The notes under the pieces: generated by a model
Database searches by the model: none
What the model saw: the letters and a program-made list of their open reading frames with translations, nothing else
Told to the model about the DNA's origin: nothing
Assembly (NCBI GenBank): GCA_963662285.2
Contig: CAXXMV010000001.1
Coordinates: 1,152,001 to 1,216,000 of the forward strand
DNA: 64,000 bases
DNA from: a bacterium
GTDB taxonomy: Bacteria; Hinthialibacterota; Hinthialibacteria; Hinthialibacterales; Hinthialibacteraceae
Direction of reading: 5' to 3'
Made by a program: the position numbers and the translations under genes
Shown: piece by piece, positions 29,959 to 38,705 of the stretch
Layout: each line of letters starts with the position of its first letter
Position numbering within the stretch: position 1 is the first letter of the stretch

Positions 29959-30879
29959 TTAATAAAGAGTCCAATCAGCAACTGGAGTTTGCGACGCTTC
30001 GAGAATCATGCCCACCAGCTCCGCACTGCTGTTCCAACCGGCGCCAGTGCCGCTTAAATTAACGCGCCATTCACGCGCTCCGCCAAATGAGTCTGAATCA
30101 TTCATGCAAGGATCAATGCCGATTACATCCAACGCTTCCAGGTCTTTGAGTACATTTTCAGGAGCGTCCAAAGAACCTTTCAGTATTGAAAAAGGTACAA
30201 TCTTGAATTCAATATAAAATTCAACTGGAGAGCCTTCCCACGCTGGTTCTCCAGCTCTGGTTGCGCGAATCATGCCAGCTGATTCAACGTAATCATTATC
30301 GATATCGAAGGTTGGCGATTCACCGGCGAAATGCCCGTCGATGCCTTCGAATATCGGCAAGCTGATTAAATCAGTACTGACATCCAGGTCTCCCATACCT
30401 ATTGGTTGATCATCAATGGTATTAGGAAACTGGAAGGTATATTGCGCGTGATGATCGGAACCCTCGCCATCTGCGCTGCTTCCGGTATTTTCAGCATTAA
30501 TGACCAGTTCCAGGCTTTCATGCTGCCATCCACCAGTACCTGCGGATGATCCACGCCCATATTCATTGATGAAAACATCATCAACAACATGAAAAGCAAA
30601 ATAGAGGGCATTGGTTTCATCATCCCATGCCGCTTTCATTTGAACGTCCAGGTTGCCCGCTTCCGGCGGCGCTGGATTGCCGGGAGGGTCTCCATCTTTG
30701 TCAACATCCATCCAGGGGATATTCGCCCAGGCGCCATCACTTATATCGCCATCAATGACTGGAATATCACCCAACTCAGGAACGCTAAACGAACTGACGT
30801 TGACGCTTGTATCTTGCGCCAAAACCAATGATGCTGTAGCACAAACACATATTACGCATAAAAATAATTTTTTACTCAC
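29959..30879 (-). CDS. Secreted acidic CBM9-like (sugar-binding) protein with C-terminal VADWTLY motif
   Basis: Signal peptide; PVIDGDISDGAW, AAWDD..ALYFAFHVVDD, ESLELVI and IGID..NDSD CBM9/DOMON-like pattern; RBS aggagg. Confidence 0.7.
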   Translation of the reverse strand: MSKKLFLCVICVCATASLVLAQDTSVNVSSFSVPELGDIPVIDGDISDGAWANIPWMDVDKDGDPPGNPAPPEAGNLDVQMKAAWDDETNALYFAFHVVDDVFINEYGRGSSAGTGGWQHESLELVINAENTGSSADGEGSDHHAQYTFQFPNTIDDQPIGMGDLDVSTDLISLPIFEGIDGHFAGESPTFDIDNDYVESAGMIRATRAGEPAWEGSPVEFYIEFKIVPFSILKGSLDAPENVLKDLEALDVIGIDPCMNDSDSFGGAREWRVNLSGTGAGWNSSAELVGMILEASQTPVADWTLY

Positions 30880-30992
30880 TTCTAATACCTCCTAAATAAT
30901 TTTTTCTTTCTACTCATACGCCTGCTAAGATTAACATACTAGTATTTTACTAGTCAAGACAATCCTAATATATATTCAGAAAGGAATAAATT

Positions 30993-31982
30993 ATGCCTCG
31001 TAATTTGATTATCTTATCTCTTTTAATAGTAATTTTGCAATCAATCCCATTCATAGCTCTGGCTGATGAATCAGATCCGCGCGGCATCGCTGGAGAAAAT
31101 GACGTCGCAACACTTCGCACGTCTCGCCTTGAATGCACGATTGGCAATAATAAATCTTATCCGGGCGAATTTGGCGATCACAATCCCGGCTATAACGGCG
31201 TCTTTTCCATTAAGTCGCCCGATCTTGATGAGACTCCATTTGTCCCTGCCTATGCAGGACTCAATCTGGAACATTATTTCGATGCGCGGGCCAAGTATGA
31301 GGAGAATAGTTTTTTTGAGCCAAGACACAGCCCAATGTCACTCAAGCGCATAAATGAGAATACTGTGGAACTACACCAGCCGCCCACTCCGAACTTCGCC
31401 GTCGAGAGTTGGACGAGGTTCGAAGTTTCCGAGCCATATTATCTTGATTTCTCGTTTCGTTTCATTCTGCATAAAGACGTGTTTGAAGGAGATTTCATGG
31501 GCGTGTTCTGGGCGTCCTATATTAACGGTCCGCTGAATAAGAGTACTTATTTTCTGAATGCCGGTTCGACGCTGGATAAACCTTTGTGGCGTCAACTATG
31601 CACCCAGCAGCATAACCGGGACAGTACCGTGCGCCATGAATCTGATAGCGCTGAACTCAAATTCCAGAAGAGCAACAGCACCTTATTCGGCAGTCTATCA
31701 CCGTTACGATACGCTGAACCTTTCTTCTATGGCAGATTCCTCAATATGGCGCTGATCTATGTTTTCGAGCCTAATCCACATTTACGATTCGCCCATTCTC
31801 CCTCCGGCGGCGGTTCGAGTAAGACCGGCGATGACACCAATCCCGCATGGGATTATCAACTGGTGGTTCCAAATTATCAGATTAGTAAAGAATACAGTTT
31901 GAATGGGCGGCTCATATATAAACCATGGAAAGACCGCGCCGATATAATCGCCGAGGTGCGAAAATATCAGTCGAGGCGGTAA
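30993..31982 (+). CDS. Secreted hypothetical protein (possible mutarotase-like beta-sandwich)
   Basis: Signal peptide and RBS aagga; motifs GYNGV, AGLNLEH, FWASYI, NPAWD. Confidence 0.65.
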   Translation: MPRNLIILSLLIVILQSIPFIALADESDPRGIAGENDVATLRTSRLECTIGNNKSYPGEFGDHNPGYNGVFSIKSPDLDETPFVPAYAGLNLEHYFDARAKYEENSFFEPRHSPMSLKRINENTVELHQPPTPNFAVESWTRFEVSEPYYLDFSFRFILHKDVFEGDFMGVFWASYINGPLNKSTYFLNAGSTLDKPLWRQLCTQQHNRDSTVRHESDSAELKFQKSNSTLFGSLSPLRYAEPFFYGRFLNMALIYVFEPNPHLRFAHSPSGGGSSKTGDDTNPAWDYQLVVPNYQISKEYSLNGRLIYKPWKDRADIIAEVRKYQSRR

Positions 31983-31988
31983 TTATTT

Positions 31989-32272
31989 ATAATCCTAAAA
32001 TGACAGTCAATTAAGGAAAATGAATCTCGTATTGTCGGGTATTTCTTGCGAAGGTAATTAAATCAACCCTCTCCTTACCTCTCCCAGTCTTGGGAGAGGA
32101 ATCGTTGACCACAGTATTTTGTATTACTAAGTCTAAACGATATAACTGGTAATATTTCCAAAATCCCTCTCCCCCAAGTTGGGGGAGAATTCAAGAGGGG
32201 GTTGTTATCTAAAACCTACGATTATTTTATTAACATTATACGCATAATCTCATGGCCGTTTTTTAGGATTAT
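31989..32272. mobile_element. Intact 284-bp REP-bearing MITE (family B); empty IS481 target site
   Basis: 12-bp TIRs ATAATCCTAAAA / TTTTAGGATTAT and two internal dyads. Contains uninterrupted gaattcaagagggggttg. Confidence 0.8.
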
Positions 32273-32284
32273 GAGTTCACAACC

Positions 32285-33838
32285 CTATTCATAATCACCT
32301 TCTGCTAAATCAATATCTCCTTCATGATAATACTCTTTCTTACGCTCATCCGCTTCTAACTGAAGCCGTTCTTCCTGGCGGTTGGCGCGTTTTTTCATAT
32401 AAAAACGTACGCAGAAGTTTGCTCCCAGACCAATCATGATGCCATAGGCGCCGAATTCATTTATTATGATTGCGCACATACCAGCGAACAAAGCGGCGGC
32501 GAAAGCAGAGAAAAACCAGCAGAATACAACCCATATAGTTCGCCCTATTTTCAAATAAGCATCACCCCTCAAGAATATCCTGTCAGCCCAACCAGTGGCT
32601 ACAATCGCGGCGAAAGAGACGTAAGTGGTGGAGACAGGCAAGCCGCGTCCTGAAGCGAAGGCGATAACGCTTGCTGAGATAGATGTAATAACAGCGGCTC
32701 GCAAAGCATCATAGTGAGCTAATTTATGGTCTTGGTTAAATGTAGGCTTAGGCGCCAGGACGGTTTCTCCTTCATGTTTACGGTAAATCTTCTTAGCCAG
32801 CCAAATAGTCCAGCGGGGCGCATAGAGGCGGACGATATCACCCTGGCTTCCGGTGTTAACCTGGGCGCGGGTGACGCGTTGGGCGGTTTTGGACATCATC
32901 CCCACCGCAAGCAATACACCACAGAAAAGAAGAAGCCAGCGTGGTATCGACATTGAGGTAGCAAGCATACCATCATGAAGAATCATCCAGGCGGCGACTC
33001 CGGGAGAAGCGCAGTTGGCTAAATCGTTTTGCCCGAAAGCAATAGCGATAGCAATCATTCCCAAAATGGCTAAACCGGAGAAAAGATTCGGGATGATTTT
33101 TTTTGAATACATACTGATAATTGTGGAGATAATGCCGGTTAAAACCGCCCAAAGTATGACCAGCACAGCAGGAGCGCCGAATTGATCCAGGGTAGTCGCT
33201 TTTAAGTATTTAACAAAATCTATATTCTTCATGCCCTTCATAAGCATGAAGTAAATCAGACCGGTAAGAATAGCCCCGGATATCCAGGGGCCATGCAGCT
33301 GAACGCGCTCAGGATCCTTGCAATCCTGGCCGATCGCCCCCCGCAATGCCCGTTGAACCAGGAAACTGGCGGCCCCGCTGATAATGATAGAAACGATAAT
33401 CCCCGAAATGACCGTTCCGCTTTTTCCCCAACTTACGATAGAAAAACCACCGAGAGCGAAACTTGCGCCTAATAGTTCAAAGACTAAACAAGCAGTAGTA
33501 GAAATTGGCATCCCGAATGCGGAGAAGGAATAAAGCAGTACCGTATCGGTAATATAAACCGCGATATAGATCGCCAGAGCCGCTTCAATAGAAAGCATCG
33601 TTGGATCAAAGATGCCTTTACGGGCTGTATCCATAACATCCGATGAAGCAACGGCCCCGATGATAACTGCTATAGCGGCAAGCCGGACGGCTATTTTTCT
33701 GCGTAAAACCCGCGCTCCAAAAACAGCATTGACGATATTAGCCGCATCGTTTCGGCCAACTTCAATGGTGTCCCAAATCAACATGCCTATGGCGACCACA
33801 ACAGCTAGATAAACGAAGGGAGTATGATCAGTTAGCAT
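32285..33838 (-). CDS. PiT-family inorganic phosphate transporter
   Basis: Duplicated signature GRNDAAN / GQNDLAN and G(M/L)P(I/V)STT motifs; multiple TM helices. Confidence 0.85.
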   Translation of the reverse strand: MLTDHTPFVYLAVVVAIGMLIWDTIEVGRNDAANIVNAVFGARVLRRKIAVRLAAIAVIIGAVASSDVMDTARKGIFDPTMLSIEAALAIYIAVYITDTVLLYSFSAFGMPISTTACLVFELLGASFALGGFSIVSWGKSGTVISGIIVSIIISGAASFLVQRALRGAIGQDCKDPERVQLHGPWISGAILTGLIYFMLMKGMKNIDFVKYLKATTLDQFGAPAVLVILWAVLTGIISTIISMYSKKIIPNLFSGLAILGMIAIAIAFGQNDLANCASPGVAAWMILHDGMLATSMSIPRWLLLFCGVLLAVGMMSKTAQRVTRAQVNTGSQGDIVRLYAPRWTIWLAKKIYRKHEGETVLAPKPTFNQDHKLAHYDALRAAVITSISASVIAFASGRGLPVSTTYVSFAAIVATGWADRIFLRGDAYLKIGRTIWVVFCWFFSAFAAALFAGMCAIIINEFGAYGIMIGLGANFCVRFYMKKRANRQEERLQLEADERKKEYYHEGDIDLAEGDYE

Positions 33839-34141
33839 TTACTTTCCTAATGTAATTATTTTTGTATTCTTTTCCAATTTTAAGGAATAGTACTCTATGC
33901 AGGCTAATTATCAAGGAAAAAGTTATTAAAACCTACCCGCCTTTAGCAAAACATCCTGATTACTTTATTTAACACATTGAAATACAAGAAGATGACGAAT
34001 TGTTAAGTTTGTGTTAGATATAATTCTATGTAAGCAACAGTAAAAAATCTTAAAAAGTTTCATGACCACAATACCAGGTATATTCATACGAGTAATGCAG
34101 ACAACATATTGCGTGAGTTTCGTCATACTAGTATTTTTATA

Positions 34142-34255
34142 TTAGATCGCTTCTCAAAATAACGTGCGTCTATGTGGTTGTTAAAAGTCCCCAAAAGATG
34201 ATACTTTTAACAAATCCAATGTTTTCAGTACGCATACATTTTTGAGAACCACTCT
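34142..34255. mobile_element. MITE family A variant (same terminal repeats, different interior)
   Basis: agatcgcttctcaaaataacgtgcgt / acgcatacatttttgagaaccactct imperfect IR. Left half recurs at 50925-50965. Confidence 0.6.
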
Positions 34256-34412
34256 TCCTCTATCCGTATAGATTGTTTATCAAACAAGGTAATATATGGT
34301 TCGAACATGTAGGTGTAAACACATGTTTTTTGAATCTATACAGTGTCGAAAATCCGGGATTTTACACGGGTGATAGTAAAACAATTCAACTAGATGAATC
34401 AAAGGGAGATAT

Positions 34413-35705
34413 ATGATGTCGAAAAAAATCAATCGCCGACAAGCATTGCAATGCGGCCTCGGGGCGGGCGCGGGATTATTATTCTTAACTAATGGCGGAG
34501 GAGTTCACGCTTCGCCCAACGAAAAACTTAATATCGCCTGCATAGGCATCGGCGGCCAGGGCAGAAGCAATCTTGACGCCATGACCAGCGAGAATATCGT
34601 CGCTTTGTGCGATGTTGATAATCAACGTGCGGGTAATGCTTTTACCAAGTTTCCTAAGGCGAAGAAATTCTATGACTACCGCGTCATGTTAGAGAAGATG
34701 AGTTCTGAAATTGATGCAGTTGTGGTCAGCACTCCAGACCACATGCATTCTCACCCGGCCATGATGGCCATGCGCATGGGCAAGCATCTTTATTGCGAAA
34801 AACCTATGGCGCATTCAATTTCAGAAATCCGCATGATGACCGAGATCGCCAAAGAGAAAAAACTGGCGACGCAGCTAGGCGTACAGCGCCATACAATCGA
34901 AAACATTCATCGCGTTGTTGAGATAATCCAGTCCGGCGCGATAGGGGAAGTCCGTGAAGTCTATTCATGGTTCGGCGGAGATCGTGGCATGCCGCCTATG
35001 CCCACTGAATTCCCTGAAGTGCCTGCTCATTTGAAATGGGATCTATGGTTGGGCGTGGCTAAAGAGCGGCCATATAGCCCGGATTATTGTCCATATAACT
35101 GGCGCTTCTGGTGGGATTTCGGAACCGGCGAAACCGGCAACTGGGGATGCCATGTTTTGGATATTCCATACTGGGCGTTGAAACTGGGACACGCAACCAA
35201 AGTGTCGTCATCCGGTCCTGAGATTGATGATCAGAGAACGCCAAAATCCATGTTCTCTACTTATGAGTTCCCCTCACGCGGCGATTTGCCTCCAGTTAAA
35301 TTGCACTGGAATCATACCAATAAGCCCATGCCATTCTTTACGGAAAACAATATTCCCCAGTCCGGCAACAATCTTTTTATCGGTTCCAAGGGAATGCTGC
35401 TTTGCGGTTTTGATAAAAGACAACTGCTGCCCGAAAAAGATTTCGTAGGTTTTGAAGAACCAGAAAAGACAATTATCGATTCACCCGGTTTCCGTAAGGA
35501 GTGGATCATAGCCTGTAAAGGCGGCGAGCCTGCAACATGCAACTTTGATTATACAGGTCCTATGGCTGAAACTGTTATCCTGGGTAACACCGCCTTCCGC
35601 GCTGGCGGCGGTTTTGATTGGGATTCCAAGACCATGGAGGCTAAAGGACGCCCCTCAGCAGAGAAATATCTCCGCCCTGAATTCCGTAAAGGTTGGGAGT
35701 TGTAA
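34413..35705 (+). CDS. Gfo/Idh/MocA-family oxidoreductase, Tat signal
   Basis: INRRQAL signal; IACIGIGGQG, VSTPDHMH, YCEKPM, WDLWLG and WRFWWDFGTG motifs. Confidence 0.92.
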   Translation: MMSKKINRRQALQCGLGAGAGLLFLTNGGGVHASPNEKLNIACIGIGGQGRSNLDAMTSENIVALCDVDNQRAGNAFTKFPKAKKFYDYRVMLEKMSSEIDAVVVSTPDHMHSHPAMMAMRMGKHLYCEKPMAHSISEIRMMTEIAKEKKLATQLGVQRHTIENIHRVVEIIQSGAIGEVREVYSWFGGDRGMPPMPTEFPEVPAHLKWDLWLGVAKERPYSPDYCPYNWRFWWDFGTGETGNWGCHVLDIPYWALKLGHATKVSSSGPEIDDQRTPKSMFSTYEFPSRGDLPPVKLHWNHTNKPMPFFTENNIPQSGNNLFIGSKGMLLCGFDKRQLLPEKDFVGFEEPEKTIIDSPGFRKEWIIACKGGEPATCNFDYTGPMAETVILGNTAFRAGGGFDWDSKTMEAKGRPSAEKYLRPEFRKGWEL

Positions 35706-35732
35706 TTAAGTACAATTATCATTACGGAAATT

Positions 35733-35770
35733 AAGGCCTATCAATCCTGGAGGATTGATAGGCCTTTTTT
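35733..35770 (+). terminator. Intrinsic terminator
   Basis: aaggcctatcaatcct-gg-aggattgataggcctt followed by a T-tract. Confidence 0.85.
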
Positions 35771-35896
35771 GTTTTTTGTGTGTTGCTATAGCCGATACAC
35801 ATTAGGTTTCGATGTTATGTTAAATATTGATTAAAACAAATAACTGAATATTTGGTGTATGGGGATTTTGTCATGATTAGAAATCACTGGAATTCT

Positions 35897-37585
35897 ATGC
35901 AAAAAAAACTTTTTACGGAAATATGCGCTGGTTGTGTATTATTAGCGGCTTGCTCTACATTAACCTCTTTTTCTGAAAAATACCAAGTCGACGATATGAC
36001 AATCGAAACAGTGAAGATTCCATCGGGCGTCTTTATGATGGGGAATAATTTCGGCGATGAAGATGAAAAGCCGATGCATGAAGTTACGCTCGATAGTTTC
36101 GAGATTGGAAAATATGAAATAACCGTAGAACAATTTCAAAAGTTCGTCATGGAGACCAAATATAAAAAGGGCCGGATAGATTGGATGTACCCGGATTTCA
36201 GGCAGACGCCTCAAGAACCGGCGGTGAAAATCTCGTGGTATGACGCGCAAGCATTTTGCCAATGGCTCTCGAATAGGACAGGGGAGAATTTCAGATTGCC
36301 TACAGAAGCCGAATGGGAATACACAGCTATGGCTGGGGAGGGTCAACCAAATTCTTCGTATGAGCGCATTGTGTTTATCAATAAGTTGGAGAATCAAAGT
36401 TGGAATAGCGATAACGCTGGACGTGAGGTGAGCCGGGCGGCATACCAGGATAATCCTGTAAACGGTCAGTTGGCGTCGCATAAAGTTGGCTCAAAGCAAC
36501 CCAATGCCTGGGGCGTTTATGATATGGTGGGTAATGCATGGGAATGGACGCTTGACGTCTATTACCCAAAGCACAGGATTTTGTCTGATGGCGCCCCAAA
36601 TACCAGAGATGATCTACCGGAAATCGCCCGGCGCTATGTCTTAAAGGGCGGATCATATAAAAGTTATAACCTGGATGTATTCCCCGCTTATCGCTCCAGA
36701 TCGCTCCCCAATGTAAGAGGCGATGATGTGGGATTCAGGATTGTTAAAGGTAAACAATATGATCTAACGGCAAATGAAGAAATCAATAAGCATAAGAAAT
36801 TTGATGCGACATCGGTTCAAGTGGATGGTTTGGATATTGAGGTTATTAAAGTTAAACCATGCAAGTTTATTATGGGTGGAACCTATTCTCCGGCGCCGAA
36901 ATGGTTTGATTATATTGAAAAGCAAGAAATTCATATTGAATATGAATACTACATCGGTAAATACGAAATCACCAGGGAGCAGTTTAGCCGATTCGTGGAT
37001 GATTTTGGATATGTTACCGATGCGGAAAAAGAGAGAAAAGCGATGCTGTTTTCCAAGAATGAAGATTGGAGAAGCAGTCCCGGGACGAACTGGAAGAATC
37101 TGCCCTTTGTTCAAGAAGATGATCACCCTGCATCATGCGTCAGCTGGCACGACGCCATGTATTTCTGTAAGTGGCTTTCAGAGAAGAGCGGATGTAATAT
37201 CACGCTTCCAACCATTACTGAATGGGAATGCGCTTGCCGCGCCGGAACCGGCGGGGATTTCTCTGGAACTGGTCAAATAAATGATATGGGATGGTGTGAT
37301 GACAATTCAAATTATGGAACTCATGCCGTAGGATTAAAAGAAGCCAACGATTGGGGGATTTATGATATGCATGGCAATGTCTGGGAATGGAATCTGGATA
37401 TGTGGCAAGATGGCTTCCCTGATCTACCTAAGGATGGTTCTGCATGGATGAAAAGCAAGCGCTTCATCGCCATGGAAAGCGGGGGCTCTTTTGGCAATCC
37501 CTCGAGATGGTGCGCATCTCATATACATATCCCCTCTGGATGGAGAAACTTTAACCACGGATTTCGTATCGTGATTAAGAACTGA
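35897..37585 (+). CDS. Tandem FGE-sulfatase (SUMF1/EgtB/PvdO-like) domain protein, probable lipoprotein
   Basis: Two copies of FxMG...KYEIT...LPTxxEWE...NxWGxYDMxGNxWEW...GGS...GFRIV; lipobox LAAC. ORF track start is 35852. Confidence 0.85.
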   Translation: MQKKLFTEICAGCVLLAACSTLTSFSEKYQVDDMTIETVKIPSGVFMMGNNFGDEDEKPMHEVTLDSFEIGKYEITVEQFQKFVMETKYKKGRIDWMYPDFRQTPQEPAVKISWYDAQAFCQWLSNRTGENFRLPTEAEWEYTAMAGEGQPNSSYERIVFINKLENQSWNSDNAGREVSRAAYQDNPVNGQLASHKVGSKQPNAWGVYDMVGNAWEWTLDVYYPKHRILSDGAPNTRDDLPEIARRYVLKGGSYKSYNLDVFPAYRSRSLPNVRGDDVGFRIVKGKQYDLTANEEINKHKKFDATSVQVDGLDIEVIKVKPCKFIMGGTYSPAPKWFDYIEKQEIHIEYEYYIGKYEITREQFSRFVDDFGYVTDAEKERKAMLFSKNEDWRSSPGTNWKNLPFVQEDDHPASCVSWHDAMYFCKWLSEKSGCNITLPTITEWECACRAGTGGDFSGTGQINDMGWCDDNSNYGTHAVGLKEANDWGIYDMHGNVWEWNLDMWQDGFPDLPKDGSAWMKSKRFIAMESGGSFGNPSRWCASHIHIPSGWRNFNHGFRIVIKN

Positions 37586-37614
37586 ACTTTTTCTGTATCA
37601 CAAAAGTAATCGAT

Positions 37615-38439
37615 CTAGTCGCGGTTGGTCCGTTGTTTAATTAAGACGATCACAAATACAATTCCAATGATCAATCCGATTGGTACTAAAATTGAAAGCA
37701 TCATAAGTATTCTCCATTGAATTTCTTCTGGCGAGCGATTGGATTTTATAGAAAAAACTTTTTCGATAGTGTGTCTTAAAGGCAAGTCGTTAGGATCAAC
37801 AATCCGGCATACGAATTCCCAATTCAGCATCATGTTGAGCACTTTAACCGTAATGCAGTTTGAGCCTTTTTTTAGTTTAATCGGAACAAAAGCAGAATAA
37901 TAGTTCAGCTGACGGCCTCCCCAAAACTCGTAAACCAATTCACCATTCAACCAAATCTTCATGGCGTCGTCACTGCCAACTCGAAGATAGGCAGAGCGTT
38001 CCTCAGAGGACTCTATTTCTGCATAGGCATAGGCCACCGCTTGTTCTATTTCGCCATAGACATTCCAGAAATCAATGCTTCTTTTTTCGCTTTCATAGAA
38101 TTTCCATTGGTACTGATTATCGTCATAAGAATGCGTAAGATCAGGATTGGCTTTTATATTTCTCTCACCCCCATGCTCAAGCAGATAATCCTTGTTAAAC
38201 GCTTCTTTTTGTTCAGCAGTTTTTTCTCCCCAATTTGGCTCATCAGAGGTTGCCTTATATATTTTAAATGGGCCGCATAACAGCCACTTTTGCATGAATG
38301 TCTTACTTGGCGGATCTACATAAATAAATTCTTGAGCAAAGGAAGATTGTTGAGAAGCCAACACCACAAACACCAGACAGGCCATTGAATATCTTAAATA
38401 TTGCATAATTTGCGCCCTTATATTATCGATTTCCTTCAT
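37615..38439 (-). CDS. Exported protein with PA14-like beta domain and C-terminal membrane anchor
   Basis: Signal-like N-terminus; WLLCGPF, VAYAY, GSDDAMKIWLNG and LKKGSN motifs; C-terminal TM plus basic tail. Confidence 0.65.
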   Translation of the reverse strand: MKEIDNIRAQIMQYLRYSMACLVFVVLASQQSSFAQEFIYVDPPSKTFMQKWLLCGPFKIYKATSDEPNWGEKTAEQKEAFNKDYLLEHGGERNIKANPDLTHSYDDNQYQWKFYESEKRSIDFWNVYGEIEQAVAYAYAEIESSEERSAYLRVGSDDAMKIWLNGELVYEFWGGRQLNYYSAFVPIKLKKGSNCITVKVLNMMLNWEFVCRIVDPNDLPLRHTIEKVFSIKSNRSPEEIQWRILMMLSILVPIGLIIGIVFVIVLIKQRTNRD

Positions 38440-38496
38440 ATTTCAATTACTCTCCTACATTTTAATTATACGAAATACTTTTCCAATTATTTTATC

Positions 38497-38612
38497 TTAG
38501 AGCGATTATCAAAATTATGTTCGTTTATTATCACCTTTGATCTTCGAAAAAGCCAATCTTTTCTGGCTTTTTCGAATCGCCAATCAGAACATTATTATGA
38601 AAACTACTCTAA
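38497..38612. mobile_element. 116-bp MITE (family A)
   Basis: ttagagcgattatcaaaattatgt ... acattattatgaaaactactctaa; inverted homolog of 11512-11627. Confidence 0.75.
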
Positions 38613-38644
38613 ATTAATTATATCGAAACGCAACAGCGCAAATA

Positions 38645-38672
38645 AAGGGCGAAGCCAATCGGCTTCGCCCTT
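38645..38672 (-). terminator. Intrinsic terminator hairpin
   Basis: aagggcgaagcc-aatc-ggcttcgccctt downstream of the 38706-42191 gene. Confidence 0.75.
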
Positions 38673-38705
38673 CATAATGTTACGTTCTTATAAGAATAAT
38701 GATAA

